From positions 1 to 64,000 of the forward strand of contig JAUCBJ010001180.1 in the NCBI GenBank assembly GCA_032718475.1: a stretch of 64,000 nucleotides of DNA. The letters run 5' to 3'. The first letter of the stretch is position 1; each line of letters starts with the position of its first letter. The notes beneath the pieces were generated by a model. The model worked only from the letters and a program-made list of their open reading frames with translations. It was not told where the DNA came from and ran no database searches. Both the position numbers and the translations under genes were made by a program. This document shows, in pieces, positions 48,707-61,100 of the stretch. Source of the DNA: Nemertoderma westbladi (taxonomy: Eukaryota; Animalia; Xenacoelomorpha).

Positions 48707-50094
48707 TATAAGATTACTATCAGTTAGCCTGTCAATCTTTATAAATCACTGTACTCATTCATCAACTGTTAAGTGTTATAAAACTATCATATTTGTAAAT
48801 CATAAACAATATGTATTTCTCATTATAGGAGTGAAACTCGATATATTAGTCGAAGTTATATATTTTATATTCGAAGGACAATATGACTCAATGCTTACCT
48901 ACTTACGTCAATTACTTTACCGACCTACCATATTTGTAAATATATCAAACTCTAATGTTGTTTGAAAGGTCATTTAATGCTTGTTTAGTCCTACCGGAAG
49001 TGACTCAACAAACTATATTATTTTATATGAGGAATTTGATCTACCCTTAATTAATTTCATTTAATTTTTTAGTTAGATTGTTTATCGCATTTAATTGTAT
49101 GTGGCAAGTATTTAATATCGACGTTACCTTTAAACGTTAAAAGATTGTAAATACCCTTTCCATGTAAATTTTCAAAAACTCAATATTGTATTATTCATGG
49201 AACGATTGTTGAACTTGTACGTAATTTTAGGGAACGGTTTTGCTGCACACACTAACTGCATATCGAAATCTTATATTTTTATCAGAGAACTATTCAACTT
49301 CTGTGCGCATAATATTCGTCTCAAATCCATGTTGTATATCACTGTTAAGATTGTTTGTCCATTGCCCAGCATCAGTTGCCGTAATCCTAAAGCTAATATT
49401 GATTGTCATATTCTACAATGTTCTTGCTCCCTATTGGCTGTTCTATTCTTACAGTGCTTATATAGTCGATGTTCATCCTAATATATTTTAAGGCATAACC
49501 TAATAACATCTTAAGCCTGTTTCGAGTCATGTAACTAGCAGGACCTATGATATTTCAACTTGCTGCGTTGCATCATTATCTTGCTTGCTTATTGCATTGC
49601 ATCATTAACTTGCCGTGCGTATTAAATCTTATTGTTATAGTTATTATTATTGCTTTACCTTGTTGATGAATATACAAGACCAGAGATCACACCAACTTGA
49701 TTTCCACACGGTTAGTGCTGACTGCGCCCTGTCTGTAATAGATTCGTTTCATTTAGTGCGAGTGTGTGCGTCTATAGTACTGCAATATTATTCCCCAACT
49801 AGTAACTATAATCTACTGATACTATGATGCTTGCAGCACGAGTGAACTGTGCGTTTACCACGCACTAGGTCCAACATAGTGTCCTACCTGTAATATATAT
49901 AAATCACACGCACATTTACCCGCCGACAACACAACATAACGGAACGGTTTACACGTAAATATTACTTTGCAGCGGATGTGGGTTTGGCCTCCTGTAAAAG
50001 CCTTGACATTAACCATAACCATATTACAATATTCTGAGTAAATTTATTGAATTAACTGGTCTATATGTTGATCATTAATAAATCTACAAAGATA

Positions 50095-50223
50095 ATGAAT
50101 ATCAAATTGTTTATTCTATTTTCCTTGGTTGCATTGACCCTGGCGGTCAATAATAATGAGGACCATATCCTACAACTGCGCAACAATAATATCAACCTAC
50201 CCCAAATTGGACCTGTGAGCATG
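50095..50223 (+). CDS. Possible first exon of a small secreted protein
   Basis: MNIKLFILFSLVALTLA is a textbook signal peptide. Donor candidates GTGAGC (50215) and GTTAGT (50224). No downstream exon identified. Confidence 0.3.
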
Positions 50224-50339
50224 GTTAGTATAGTTGAACTGATAATGTACCATCAATAGGCCTAACCAATAATTAGCATTCGTTATAAAAGGACAGACAA
50301 ACAACAAACTTACACAAACACACATCCCAAATTTTTTGT

Positions 50340-51168
50340 ATTGAAATTGGATTGCAATTGTAAAAAATGTGGCTTACAACACATTTCCCCCTAGCATAGA
50401 CTATTCGTCGGGTTATAAGAGTATTAATTAAGGGGGGGGTGGGGGGGGGGGGGGGGGGTAGCACCCCCAAATTGAAGCTCACATTTTTGTGTCTCTGGAC
50501 CATAAAATTGTGTGAAAATTATTTTTGTGCTACTAAACATCGCATGGACTGTGTGAGAATAACAAAACCAAATATTTTTAAAATTGGCCCCAAATGACGC
50601 CGTAATGGCAAAAAGTGCCTTTTTGCGCCAAGGGCTATTTCTCCACCAATATTTGTTGAAAATTTTTGAAATTTGGATTATAGGTTCAGAAGAACCCTGC
50701 ATCCAATTCTTCTTAATGAATTTTGCCTCAAATGCTCTGGAGCCTTTTTAGAACAAAAAGGCCCCCAAAAAGTGCTTTTTTTGGGCCTTTTTGAAATAAA
50801 AAGGCTCCAGGGCATTTCCAACCAAATTTGTTCAGAAGAACTATGGAGAAGGGTAATCTTAACAAGTGTAACAAATTTCAACTCATTTCAGTTAAAAGTG
50901 AGGGAGAAATAGCCTTTTTCATGAAAATACGTCGATCTGAGATGGGTGTTTAAAGTTTAAGGAACAATTCAAACCTTCCCGCTATTTTAGATAAAATTCC
51001 ATTTTTCTATGATCAACAATAACTTTGTCAAAAATGAATGAAATTCAACGACATGCTAAACTTGGCTAACTCATGACTTGCTAAACATATAACTAGTAAA
51101 ACAACTAACTTTCTATCAATTTTATTCATTTCTGTACCGTGACAGTCTTTTTTATGAAAAGGGCCCTG
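50340..51168. mobile_element. Non-autonomous DNA element with a Tc1/mariner-like end; partial copy at 42911-43235
   Basis: Ends ...GAAAAGGGCCCTG|TA. 50344-50670 is nearly identical to 42911-43235. The other terminus was not found. Confidence 0.5.
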
Positions 51169-51169
51169 T

Positions 51170-52000
51170 ACAATTGTAAAATATAGTGCAACCCCAAAGC
51201 TGAGCGCTGAAGCTATTCAAAATGAACATCCAGATAGAGGTTAAATAATAATGAAGATAAAACACAACCCTGTCTCACGCCACGCTGTAGTGCAATACTG
51301 GTTCCCGTGATGCTATTATTGATTTTCATTATCGCGCATGATTGAGTATAATAAGAATATAGAGTTGATACTGTTTATTCATCTACATTAGCCTTGACAA
51401 ACTTGGACATCAACTTCTCATTGCACACCGTATCAAAAGCGCTGCTTAAGTTAAGAGAAATAACATGGACATCCGAACCGCTCCTGTTAAAGCCTTGAAT
51501 AAGCTTTGTTACAGCTGCATATGCATTTATCAGTAGAAATATTTGATTTGTATTCCATTTGAAGATTATTTGTTCTTATACTCCTGACTTCTGCTAACAC
51601 CAAGAGTTCCCAGAGTTTTGCAAGAATCGAGATAATGGACACTCCTCTATAGCTATTCGTTAGATGTATATCTCTGTCCTCACTCTTTAGAAGGGGTATC
51701 AGAAGACTCGTTATTAGACAGTTAAGACAGTTAGTTATTAGCAAGATCCCGTATCTGCTGCCAATATGTTTTGTTTTCCAATTATTGTCTGACCCTTTTA
51801 TTATTCAGCTTGTACTACGTATTCTCAGTCATCAATCTTGCATCCATTCCAGTTACGTTTTCAGTAGCATGATGACCTTTATATTCCTCCCAATCACATC
51901 CTTTACGCTATTTAAAAAACAAGTTATTCAACCGTCTATGACGCCTGGGTTACACAAGAGGTATTATACATTTATTATAGGAAGGGATCTAGGGGTCTTT
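51170..52000 (-). pseudogene. Old LINE RT relic (RTEX/CR1-L2-group-like)
   Basis: IPLLK..SYRGVSIISILAKLWE, LSSAFDTV, RGVRQGCVLS motifs on the minus strand. Confidence 0.75.
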
Positions 52001-53152
52001 ACCTCGAATGATAAGTTTATTTTACCGAAAATAACTTATCTTTTATTGGCGCAATTGTAGGACTAATCCCTTCACATGCGTACTTTTTAACTTAAGAGGT
52101 ATGTTATTCCTAGCAGCTAGATAAATTGTGTCCACTATGATGTCCACTACGATGTCCACTCATTTCTAATCGCTCTCTTGTTGGAGGTAGATTCTTGTTG
52201 GTTTGATTTATATGGTGCCTTATCTCCTGGTAGTTATTTATCTGTTCAGAAGAAGCCTCTTCAAAGAGGAATTGCGGCTTTCTGAATCTGGTCCAGATAC
52301 TTCGTTACTACTCCTCTCCGACTACTCTGTCCGACAGAACAAAATAATCATTTCGCTAACCGCTTTCTATCTTTTCTATATTCACAACAGCTGTTATAAT
52401 TCATTCATTATTAGATGATTACAACATAATATTTACAGTTTGAAGCTCGTACACGGGGATTACAGTACGCTCAGACTACTAATTTATCGGACAGAACAAA
52501 ATCTTTCACTTGACTCTAACGACGGGGCTCGCGGCCCGACGTCTTTTCGTCGCCCTCTAGTATTTATTATGTTTTTTTATAATATAGCGATTCCTCATTG
52601 GAACAAAGTAAATTTGAATTGAAAATCTAAACTCTTAATGGTTTTTACAAGAGTATTTAGGTTTTTAAATACTATTGACCCCCCCCCCCCCCCCCCCCCC
52701 CCCCGACCCCCCCACACCCACCCCCAAGTAGTAGGAGTCGATATAACCAAAACAATTAATGCTATTATATTTTGAAAAAATAGTGTGATTGCAGACCAGA
52801 TTGTTACAAGTGTGGAATCTATGAAAAGCCGGTTTGTTCAGGACTACCTAAATGTCGTCTTTGATGGCTATCAACAACGTTGATATTGATCGGGAATACA
52901 TCCTACAGTAAATGAAGTTAAATACTTCATGCGGAGGTGGAGGGCACTGATTTTATTGGAATATTTATGATTTCAATTTAAAAAATTAAAATAAATTATA
53001 GAAATGATTAATTTATTATTCTTTTATATGTTTTAACATACACAGATTCAATAAATATGTAACTTGAGCACGATTGTAATAAATAAATAATACCTGCCGG
53101 CCAACGAATTGGACAACTTAGTTTAGTAACAGTAATTACTATCATTTTTCTA

Positions 53153-53598
53153 GATGGTTCGACAACATTTGTGTCTACTGTTGACGGTGACACAGAACCA
53201 TTTGAAGTGTTATGGGGAGTCCTCCAGGGAGACACGCTTGTGCCATTCTTGTTCATAATTGTGGTTGACCATGTTCTACTCATGCCCTTAGATCATCATA
53301 ATGATGATGGGGTGATGATAACTCCACCTACTGGCTCCAGAAGTCGAGGAAATCCTGCCAAGTACCTAACTGATCTAGACTTTGCTGATGACTTAGGAGT
53401 ACTTTCAGAATCACTAGAGGGAGCCCAACGGCTCCTCAGCTCATTAGAACAGGCTGCTTCTAGTGTTGGTCTTTTTATTAACTCCAAAAAGACCACAATT
53501 TTAACAGTTAACTTTGAAAGTCCTCAGCAAGTCTCTGACCGGATGAGCATAAGCTCAAAGGATGGTATGCTTGAGCATGTGGACGACTTCTGTTACCT
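53153..53598 (+). mobile_element. RTE LINE internal fragment ending at the Gypsy LTR
   Basis: GVLQGDTL, LDFADD (53171..53608). Near-identical to 4200-4650. Confidence 0.9.
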
Positions 53599-53603
53599 AG
53601 TGT

Positions 53604-55116
53604 TGTGAGACGATAAGGTGAGGAAATATCAAGGTGTATTTCGTACCGCTACGCTCAGATTAAGTTTATTTAATGATAACAAGATAATTAATAATAACGT
53701 AGGTTGTTAGACGTCAGTATCAGTACTGCAGTAATATGTACTGACATACAGCAGTGCAGCAGAAAGTCTTAATACCGCGGTACAGCAGAAATGTTACCGA
53801 ATATGAAAGTATGTTAATGCGATAGATAGTCTATATGATATCCTCACACCCCCTTTCTAGTTTGAAGGTGTATGATAAACTAACAAGAAGAAGTTAGTTT
53901 CAGTTTCAAAGTCTGTTAGGTTGGCGTCTGTGCCGTTTAGAAAAGTTTATGCGCGGCCAAAAAGAAATAGTTTCAGTTTCAAAGTCTGTTAGGTTGGCGT
54001 CTATGCCGTTTAGAGTAGTTTTTGCGTGGCCGAGCTGGTATTGCGGACTCGTTTACGAGTTGTTTCGCCCATCGCACTTGTTTGGTAGGGCAGTCCTAGG
54101 GGGGAGGGTCGGTTTGAAAGACGGCTTCTCTGCCGGAGGTCCCCATAGAAGTGTCCCGCGATGTCCCGGTGTGATCGTGGAGTAGATGGCGGCGGTTTCG
54201 AGTGAGGCACCGCCCCGAAGGCGTGCGAACTTTGTAGCTGCGCAGAGTAGCCTGCTCGACCACAGTTCCGGTGCGGTCCCAACGTTATGAAGTTGGGTTT
54301 TGTATGCGTACTGTATCCCCGATAGAGAAGTGAGGGAGGGTTTTTGAGCCGCGGTTGTAATACGATGCTTGGGATGCAATAAGAGTTGGGACACAATTGT
54401 CCAGCTCTGTGCAGACCCGTTGATGGTCAGAGAGGAAGGCTCGGCTGTGTATCGGGACTCGAGTACGCATAGGGTGCCCAAATAGTATTTCAGCGCGGGA
54501 TTTCCCATTGGCTCGGGGTGAATTTCGCAGCTCCAGGAGTCCCTCCTGGAATTCAGTTGAACGTATTTCCCCCCCCCCCCCCGTTTTCCTTAATAAAGTG
54601 TTGGGAGCTTTAACAGCCGACTCCGCATGGCCATTGCCCTGCGGATATTCCGGAGAAGAGTACGCCTGTTCGACTCCCCAATCACGGAGGAACTTTGTGA
54701 GATTCGCACCTGTAAATTGCGTTCCGCCGTCAGAGTTGAAGCAATTTGTGACACCATAGTGGATAAATGTGTCCCGCAGGTGGGTCGCCGTGGATGCTGC
54801 TGTAGGATAGCTACTGTAGGGGTAGATTTCTGGCCATCCCGAATAGCGATCGGCGATGGCAAGGAAGTGGTCTCCATCGAGGAAGAATATGTCGCCTGAA
54901 ATTTCTTCGAATGGGCGACTGGCCTCATGGTCCTGGAGGAGTGGTTCCTTCGCCAAACTTGGGCGAAGGGTGAGGCGTGGTTCGCACGCCAAAATGGTTA
55001 GACCGGGCCAGTAAACGGTTTGGCGGGCACAACGTAGAGATTTGTCGACTCCCTGATGAGCAGAGTGAAGTCGAGCGAGGACTACCTTTCTTGCGGCGCA
55101 GGGAATTACGATTCTC
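53604..55116 (-). mobile_element. Gypsy/Ty3 (Mag-like) 3' portion: integrase, PPT and 3' LTR (53604-53848)
   Basis: H..H (LHSAHQG), DRYSGW, SDGGTQF, PQGNGHAESAVK, GDTVRIQ..RSY..RNRRHL. LTR with TGTGAG/CTCACA ends, AATAAA on the minus strand, PPT AAAGGGGG at 53849-53856. Confidence 0.9.
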
Positions 55117-55118
55117 TG

Positions 55119-58100
55119 TGTAAAAGCTTTTGCAGACATAACAAGTCATTTTTACGCAATGCGCAGTATACTCTAAAATAGCCCTAAAATTGTTCAACTA
55201 CGCGTCGGTCAGAAATTAGTACCAAGATGACGAAATCTGTCAGCTGATTCTTTGTGTATGTGGAGATTCCTTTGTTTGAGCCCATTCAGCCAATCAGAGC
55301 AATCTTCCCAGTTATGCCAGTAGAGATCTATCTGTGGAATCTGGCGCATGCGCAGTTATAGTTTTTCTGAGAATTAGATTCCTCTCAGGATTCTGTACTA
55401 AGTACGGACGTTTCAGAATTTGGCCCAAGAACATCTGATGGCCTTAGTTATAAGAACGTAAATCTATTAACAAACAAACCTCACTCATTTCATACATCAT
55501 CATTTTCATTCATTTTCACTCATTTTCATATCCTCCTTATATATGATCAGAATCAGTGATGGTCGGCAAATTAGTGTGAATTAGTGTAAATTAGTGTGAA
55601 GTAGTGTGAAGTCGTATGTAGGTTAATAAAGCATCTCCTAAAGAAAACTGTTAATATTTCCCCGAAAGTAAATATAGTTGTCAGAGATTATATAGTAGCA
55701 ATCAATCGAATAATATAAAGTAGCCTACACCGCAATAACTTCCTCGGGAACCCGAATCCAGTCTCCCACAGCGTGGGCCATACGCCGCGCACGGACTGGC
55801 TTCGGCGGATGTAAATTCAGTACACCAGGTAATTGGTAAGGGCAAAAGTCGATTCATAATTAAAAGACATTTAAATTGGCAGGTTAAACTGCTAAAGGTC
55901 TAAAAGCGTGAACATTAATAGATTTTGTTTCTTTTATTGCTCAGTAGGCAATAAAATCGAACATACCGGTCGGACGGTAGACTGTAGGCCTAGTAATCCG
56001 AACCAGTACTTTACCCAGTATTATTTGATTGTGAAAAATTGTATATTGTAGGCTGTTAGGGGATTAGGGATTGATCACCCCTTACTCCTTTGTATGGTTT
56101 ACTTATTCCTGTCAGTTTTATTTATTGGTAAGTGTAATATTGAGCAGAAGGCGTGTAAGCCTGCTCAGATTGTATAAATAACTTGTAGGCCGGATTGTTG
56201 TCTAACTGTTGTTAGGTCTGAGGCGATTGCAGTGTATGTAGGTAGAGTGTCTGTCCAATAAAGTGCTAGTTAGGAAAGTGGAGGCATCCAGTGCTGTAAG
56301 GTAAATCCCCCACGAAAGAATAAGTCGTACTACGTAGTTAGAACGCTTACTAACTAACCATTTCGGAGATTGCATATACTGTGGTTTATTTAGGCTTGAC
56401 AGTAGTCTGACAGCATTTGGTCTGTGTTTTATTTGAATAGTCCGTACGGGTAGCGTAATATTTATTATTCAGAGTTTATGCAAGTATTTGCAACCTACAT
56501 CTCCCCAAGTTTATTCTTTACAGGAATTATGCTTGTTATGCATACTGTTATAGTTAAAATAACCCCGGTACTACTTCAGGACTGCTTGGCATAGGACAGA
56601 CTGGTGATTTTGTGCTCCGGTCACTCCAGCAGATACCGTGGTTCTTTTGTCTGTTCACGTATATTTAACTGCTAGTTATATGTTGTATAACTGCTTGTAC
56701 CTAATTTAGGGTTTAGAGCACTTTCGGTTCGGTTTCAGCGCTTTCCTGAAAGTAATTTAGTGCGTAGGCAGTATATTTGTGTTGTAACGTTAATAATGTA
56801 ATGTAATGTAATGTTAATAGGTCCGTTAGCTCTGGTTGGCTTCGATAATTAACCTCTAGGTATAGGACACTCCGGGTACATAACGTAGTGCTTATAGTGT
56901 AAGACTATAAGCCGTCAGATGGTGGCATTTCCTTATATGGACAACACAACGTACTTAATACTACTTTATTGGTTTCAAATACCGTAATTCCTGTCAGTTT
57001 GTAAGAACCAGAAATTCTAACTCCTTGTTAGTCTGGTTCGTAAATTTCTTGTTAAATCACCCTAAAAATTGTACTTGTATCTTGTTTATTGTTTATTTAG
57101 GGATTGTGTAATCTCAACCCGATACGTAAGTAATTTGTAGTGATAAGTAACTTAGTTAAGTAGAATTATCAGTATTAGTGTCTAACAAGTAGCACTCCAC
57201 TGAGAGCGTCCAGCCTCTGTGTAGTGACTTCTTACTCAGAAATAATAACATTTATTTCAAATATTGACAAAACCCATTACGGGTATATATATATATATTT
57301 ATAAATTAACTCAATCAGATTTATAAATTAATAGGCCTGTTATACATCAATTAGGTCTTAATATCAGTTGAACTACTGCTTAATATCAGTAATAAAGTAA
57401 AGGGAAGTAATCCCTAATTCGGATAATCAGTTATTATTAAATAATTGACATTACCGGTGTTTACGGTAAGCTTATTATATTTATATAAATTAGGCTAAAC
57501 TTATATACCGGTATTCTGTGACTGATCATAGTCTGTACTGTAATAATACTGATATATATACTATAGGTGTATACCGGTATTCTAATATTAGATATATACC
57601 ACGTTACATTGAGTAGCAATATCGGTAACTACTAGACTGACAGTTGATACTGATTTCCCCTAGACTTACTTTAACTGTTATTATTGTGATAGGCATTAAA
57701 CTGTAAAATAAATTATTTCTGACACAAAACAAACAATGTCAGATAGTCTCTTGGAATGGATGATCTGTGACCCAGATCAAAGTATAGAAAGGCCCCGACC
57801 AAAGTCTAAGTCCCCTCCTACTGTAAGAAAGTTCATCCCTACAGTACTTGTGTCAGACCCTAGGCTAGTGAAGCACCATAGGTCTATTATAGGCACTAGG
57901 GCTCAAGTTAAGCGAGACCAAGCGACGGCTGTAAAACAGCAACAGTACCCGAACCGAGAAGTTATTTCTCAACTACGTAGTAACTCTAGTTCCGACACAT
58001 AAGAGTTAACGCCCGAGATTGGATCAAGGATGGAAGAAGCGGTTTACCCTGACCCACTTTTAATTCTTCCTAGGGCAGTGCTCACTAGAGTACTTATAGT

Positions 58101-61100
58101 CGTAGAAGAACATCAAGCGGACTGGATGAGAAATAAGAGATCGACCAGGGACAGTTACGCTGGATACCCGTTGGAAGAACTAAGGTCTATTGTAGAGACT
58201 CAATGAAACTTCCCCGGACCCGGACACCCGTTTAACTTATCTGAAGCTGCCTGGGAAGACTTATATCAAATGGGAGTAGTTAGAGATACCCGAGATCCCG
58301 CTGTATGGAAGAGGTCAGCAGCCGGATATGTCCAGGGATTCTTCAACTCCTTGGGACGAATAGAAACACAGTTATTTCAACAAGGACAACAGGGACCTCA
58401 AGAGCAGGAAGAACTGCTTTACCAAGTGAGAGAACGTATATTGAGGATCAGATTAATCCTTTCAGCCTTTGAAGAGGCCTCGAAGAGAAGCCAAGACACA
58501 TCGCTGCAGGTGGCAGTAAAGACTTGGTTCCAACGAGTGAATGCTAAAGTCCAGGGAACAACACAATGGAAGGTTCAGCTAACTGAGCGCATAACCCATG
58601 GTGAATCAACATCAACCGATGCAACCTTTTCTCATGTGGAAGGCGAGGCGGTATCCGAATAACCTCAGAAGAAGCATGCTATTGATATCTATCTGTCGGA
58701 TTATCAAAGATTTATAGGTGACAAAGAGCTAAGGAGGCGCCTAGCTGGACTCCACCCTAATAGTGAAGGAGCCAAATTCATTCTGGACTCTTTAGATGCG
58801 GAGATATTAGCTGCGGAGCAGGCTAAATTTGATGAAAGCATTCTCATCGCAATGGACAAAGAAGAACAAATAAAAAGGGGGCAAATAGAAGACCGAAAGG
58901 TAGCAGCAGCAGCGGCAGCTGCAGAAGATGAAAGAAAAGCGGCAGCGGCAGCGGCGGCTGCAGAAGCTGAAAGAAAAGCGGCAGAAGCTGAAAGAAAAGC
59001 GGCAGCGGCAGAAGCTGAAAGAAAAGTGGCAGCAGCGGCAGCAGTGGCAGAAGCAGAACGGAGGGCATCTGAAGCAAAAGCACAACTAGAGTTGGAGAAC
59101 CTTCAGGCGAAACAAGATTACTTAAATAAACAAAGAGCAGCTACTCAGATGCAACTACTGAGTCGATCTACTCCCAGAAGACAGGGATTTACCTCCTCGG
59201 ATGAAGGTGATACAACTGATCCCAAGGGTAAAACTCTCGTTCAAACGGACGTAGAAGAGCACCCCATAGGCCCAAGTTGCCTAACTTACCCCCTGCGGTG
59301 AGAAGGGAGCTAGCTAATGTAGACATAAGTAATAGAGAGCCAACAGCCCAAATTATAAGAGTAGAAAGACTCCCTACTATAGTAGATGAGCCAGAAATAA
59401 TTAGGCCTGTTAGCGAAGCCACTCCCTTAATAGAGACCCCTTTGCTCCCAGAACCTAACTCTCAATTCCCTTTACACAGTACCAAACTACCTATGTCCAG
59501 TAGACAACTACCATAATCTCAGACTGTTATAGACGCCGAGCAAGAGATAATAAATAAATTGTCTCCCGTCGTCCCGATGTGCCATCCAGCTACGACGTTG
59601 GCGACTCCCGCCTCCGTGGTTGAGTGGATGGACGAGGGACGACGGGGGATGGAGGAGTTGCTCGGGCAATTAGAAGACAATAAATTAAAGTCTTCTAAAC
59701 AAGTCCGAGAATTGGAAGGGACTAAGAGAGAGGTAAGAGAGAGTAAGTTAGAGCTGCAAGAAGTACAGCAAAATATCACTCTCGAGCGCGATAAATTGGT
59801 AAATATACAAATAGGTATACCACCACCCTCTGTAACAATGTGTCAGCCCGTTAGGTCTGAAGTATTTCATACGCAAGGTGTGGAGCCTACACGCATCTAT
59901 ACTGCTAGTGAAGTAGAAACTCCGATAGTAAACCCTATTAAGGGTATAAATAAGCCTGTTGATAATGATATCCCATACCGATCTGATAATAATCCGAGAA
60001 ATTTATATACCGATAATTCGATATTAAATATTACGATGGCTCAAGAAAGCTTTAAACGTCAGATGGCTAGAACGGAAGCCTGTCAAGCGGTAAAAGTGGG
60101 AGAGGTCGTCAAGTTTAATGGAGATGAGATGAAATGGTTACCTTTTAATGAATATTACAAAGATAACATACAGAACTCCGTACTATCCAGCGGAGAGAAA
60201 CTACGATTCCTCATCGAGTGCTTGGAAGGACCTCCCAAGTTAATGGCGTTAAAGTTTATTGGACATCCAGACAGATTGAGACAAGTTTGGGATACACTTA
60301 ATATCAGGTATGGTAATAGGACTAACATAGCTAGATATCTGTATGCGAAATTAGTAGCGCCCCGAAAGTTTCTTAGCAGCAGGATTATAGAGTTTTCCGA
60401 TGAGATTCAGGAGATCTGTAGACAGTTAGACTGGTTGGGTAAGTCTCAGGAATACCAGAGTTCTATGGTTGTTGGAGCCGTAGCATCAACTTTGCCAAAG
60501 GGTGGAGTAGGTACTCGCTGGGACAAAAAGGTTCTCTATCTGATGGACCAACAACATAGAGACCCAACCATGGCTGACCTCATGTCGTTCTTAAACGGAG
60601 AGGTAAGATTACAGCTCCTAAAACATTCTAGAGAGAAGACTCCGGAAAGTAAGGTAAGTGAAAAACCCATTACTAGGAGAAAGGTAACACCAGTGTGTTA
60701 TACAGATGATTACGAAAGCCAAACGTCTTATGACAAGAATAGTGGCAAGGACACCGAGAGATCTTACTACGTAAATAAGATCAGGAAAGACGTAAGTAAA
60801 TCTAAGGCTCGAACCAGTGGCAAAAGGGAACAGATGACAACTCCCCCTACATCTCCTAAGAGAATTCATGGAAGGAAGCCCGAAGAAAGAGCTAGCGTCA
60901 AGTTCAAGGTTAGCTTAAGGTAAGTAACATCAAACCTAAGTGTGTATTGTGCGACGGGCCACATCGCTTGAGTGGGTGTGAAGAATTCTTAAAGAAAGAA
61001 CTAAAGGATAGACGTGATGTCATGTGGGATTAACAGTTGTGCTTAACTGTCTCAGGCGAGGACATCAAAGGAAAACCTGTTACTCAGATGCGAGGTGTGC

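Noticed and set aside
49993-50030. Start of a BEL 3' LTR (TGTAAAAGC as at 55119)
   Set aside because: Only 9 nt are shared and no PPT precedes it.
55735-55815. HDV-like ribozyme
   Set aside because: TTCCTCG is present, but I could not build the P1/P2/P3 pseudoknot pairings. Simple hairpins explain it.
58852-59301. Ala-rich antifreeze/TolA-like gene
   Set aside because: GCA/GCG-rich coiled-coil expansion inside the BEL gag region.
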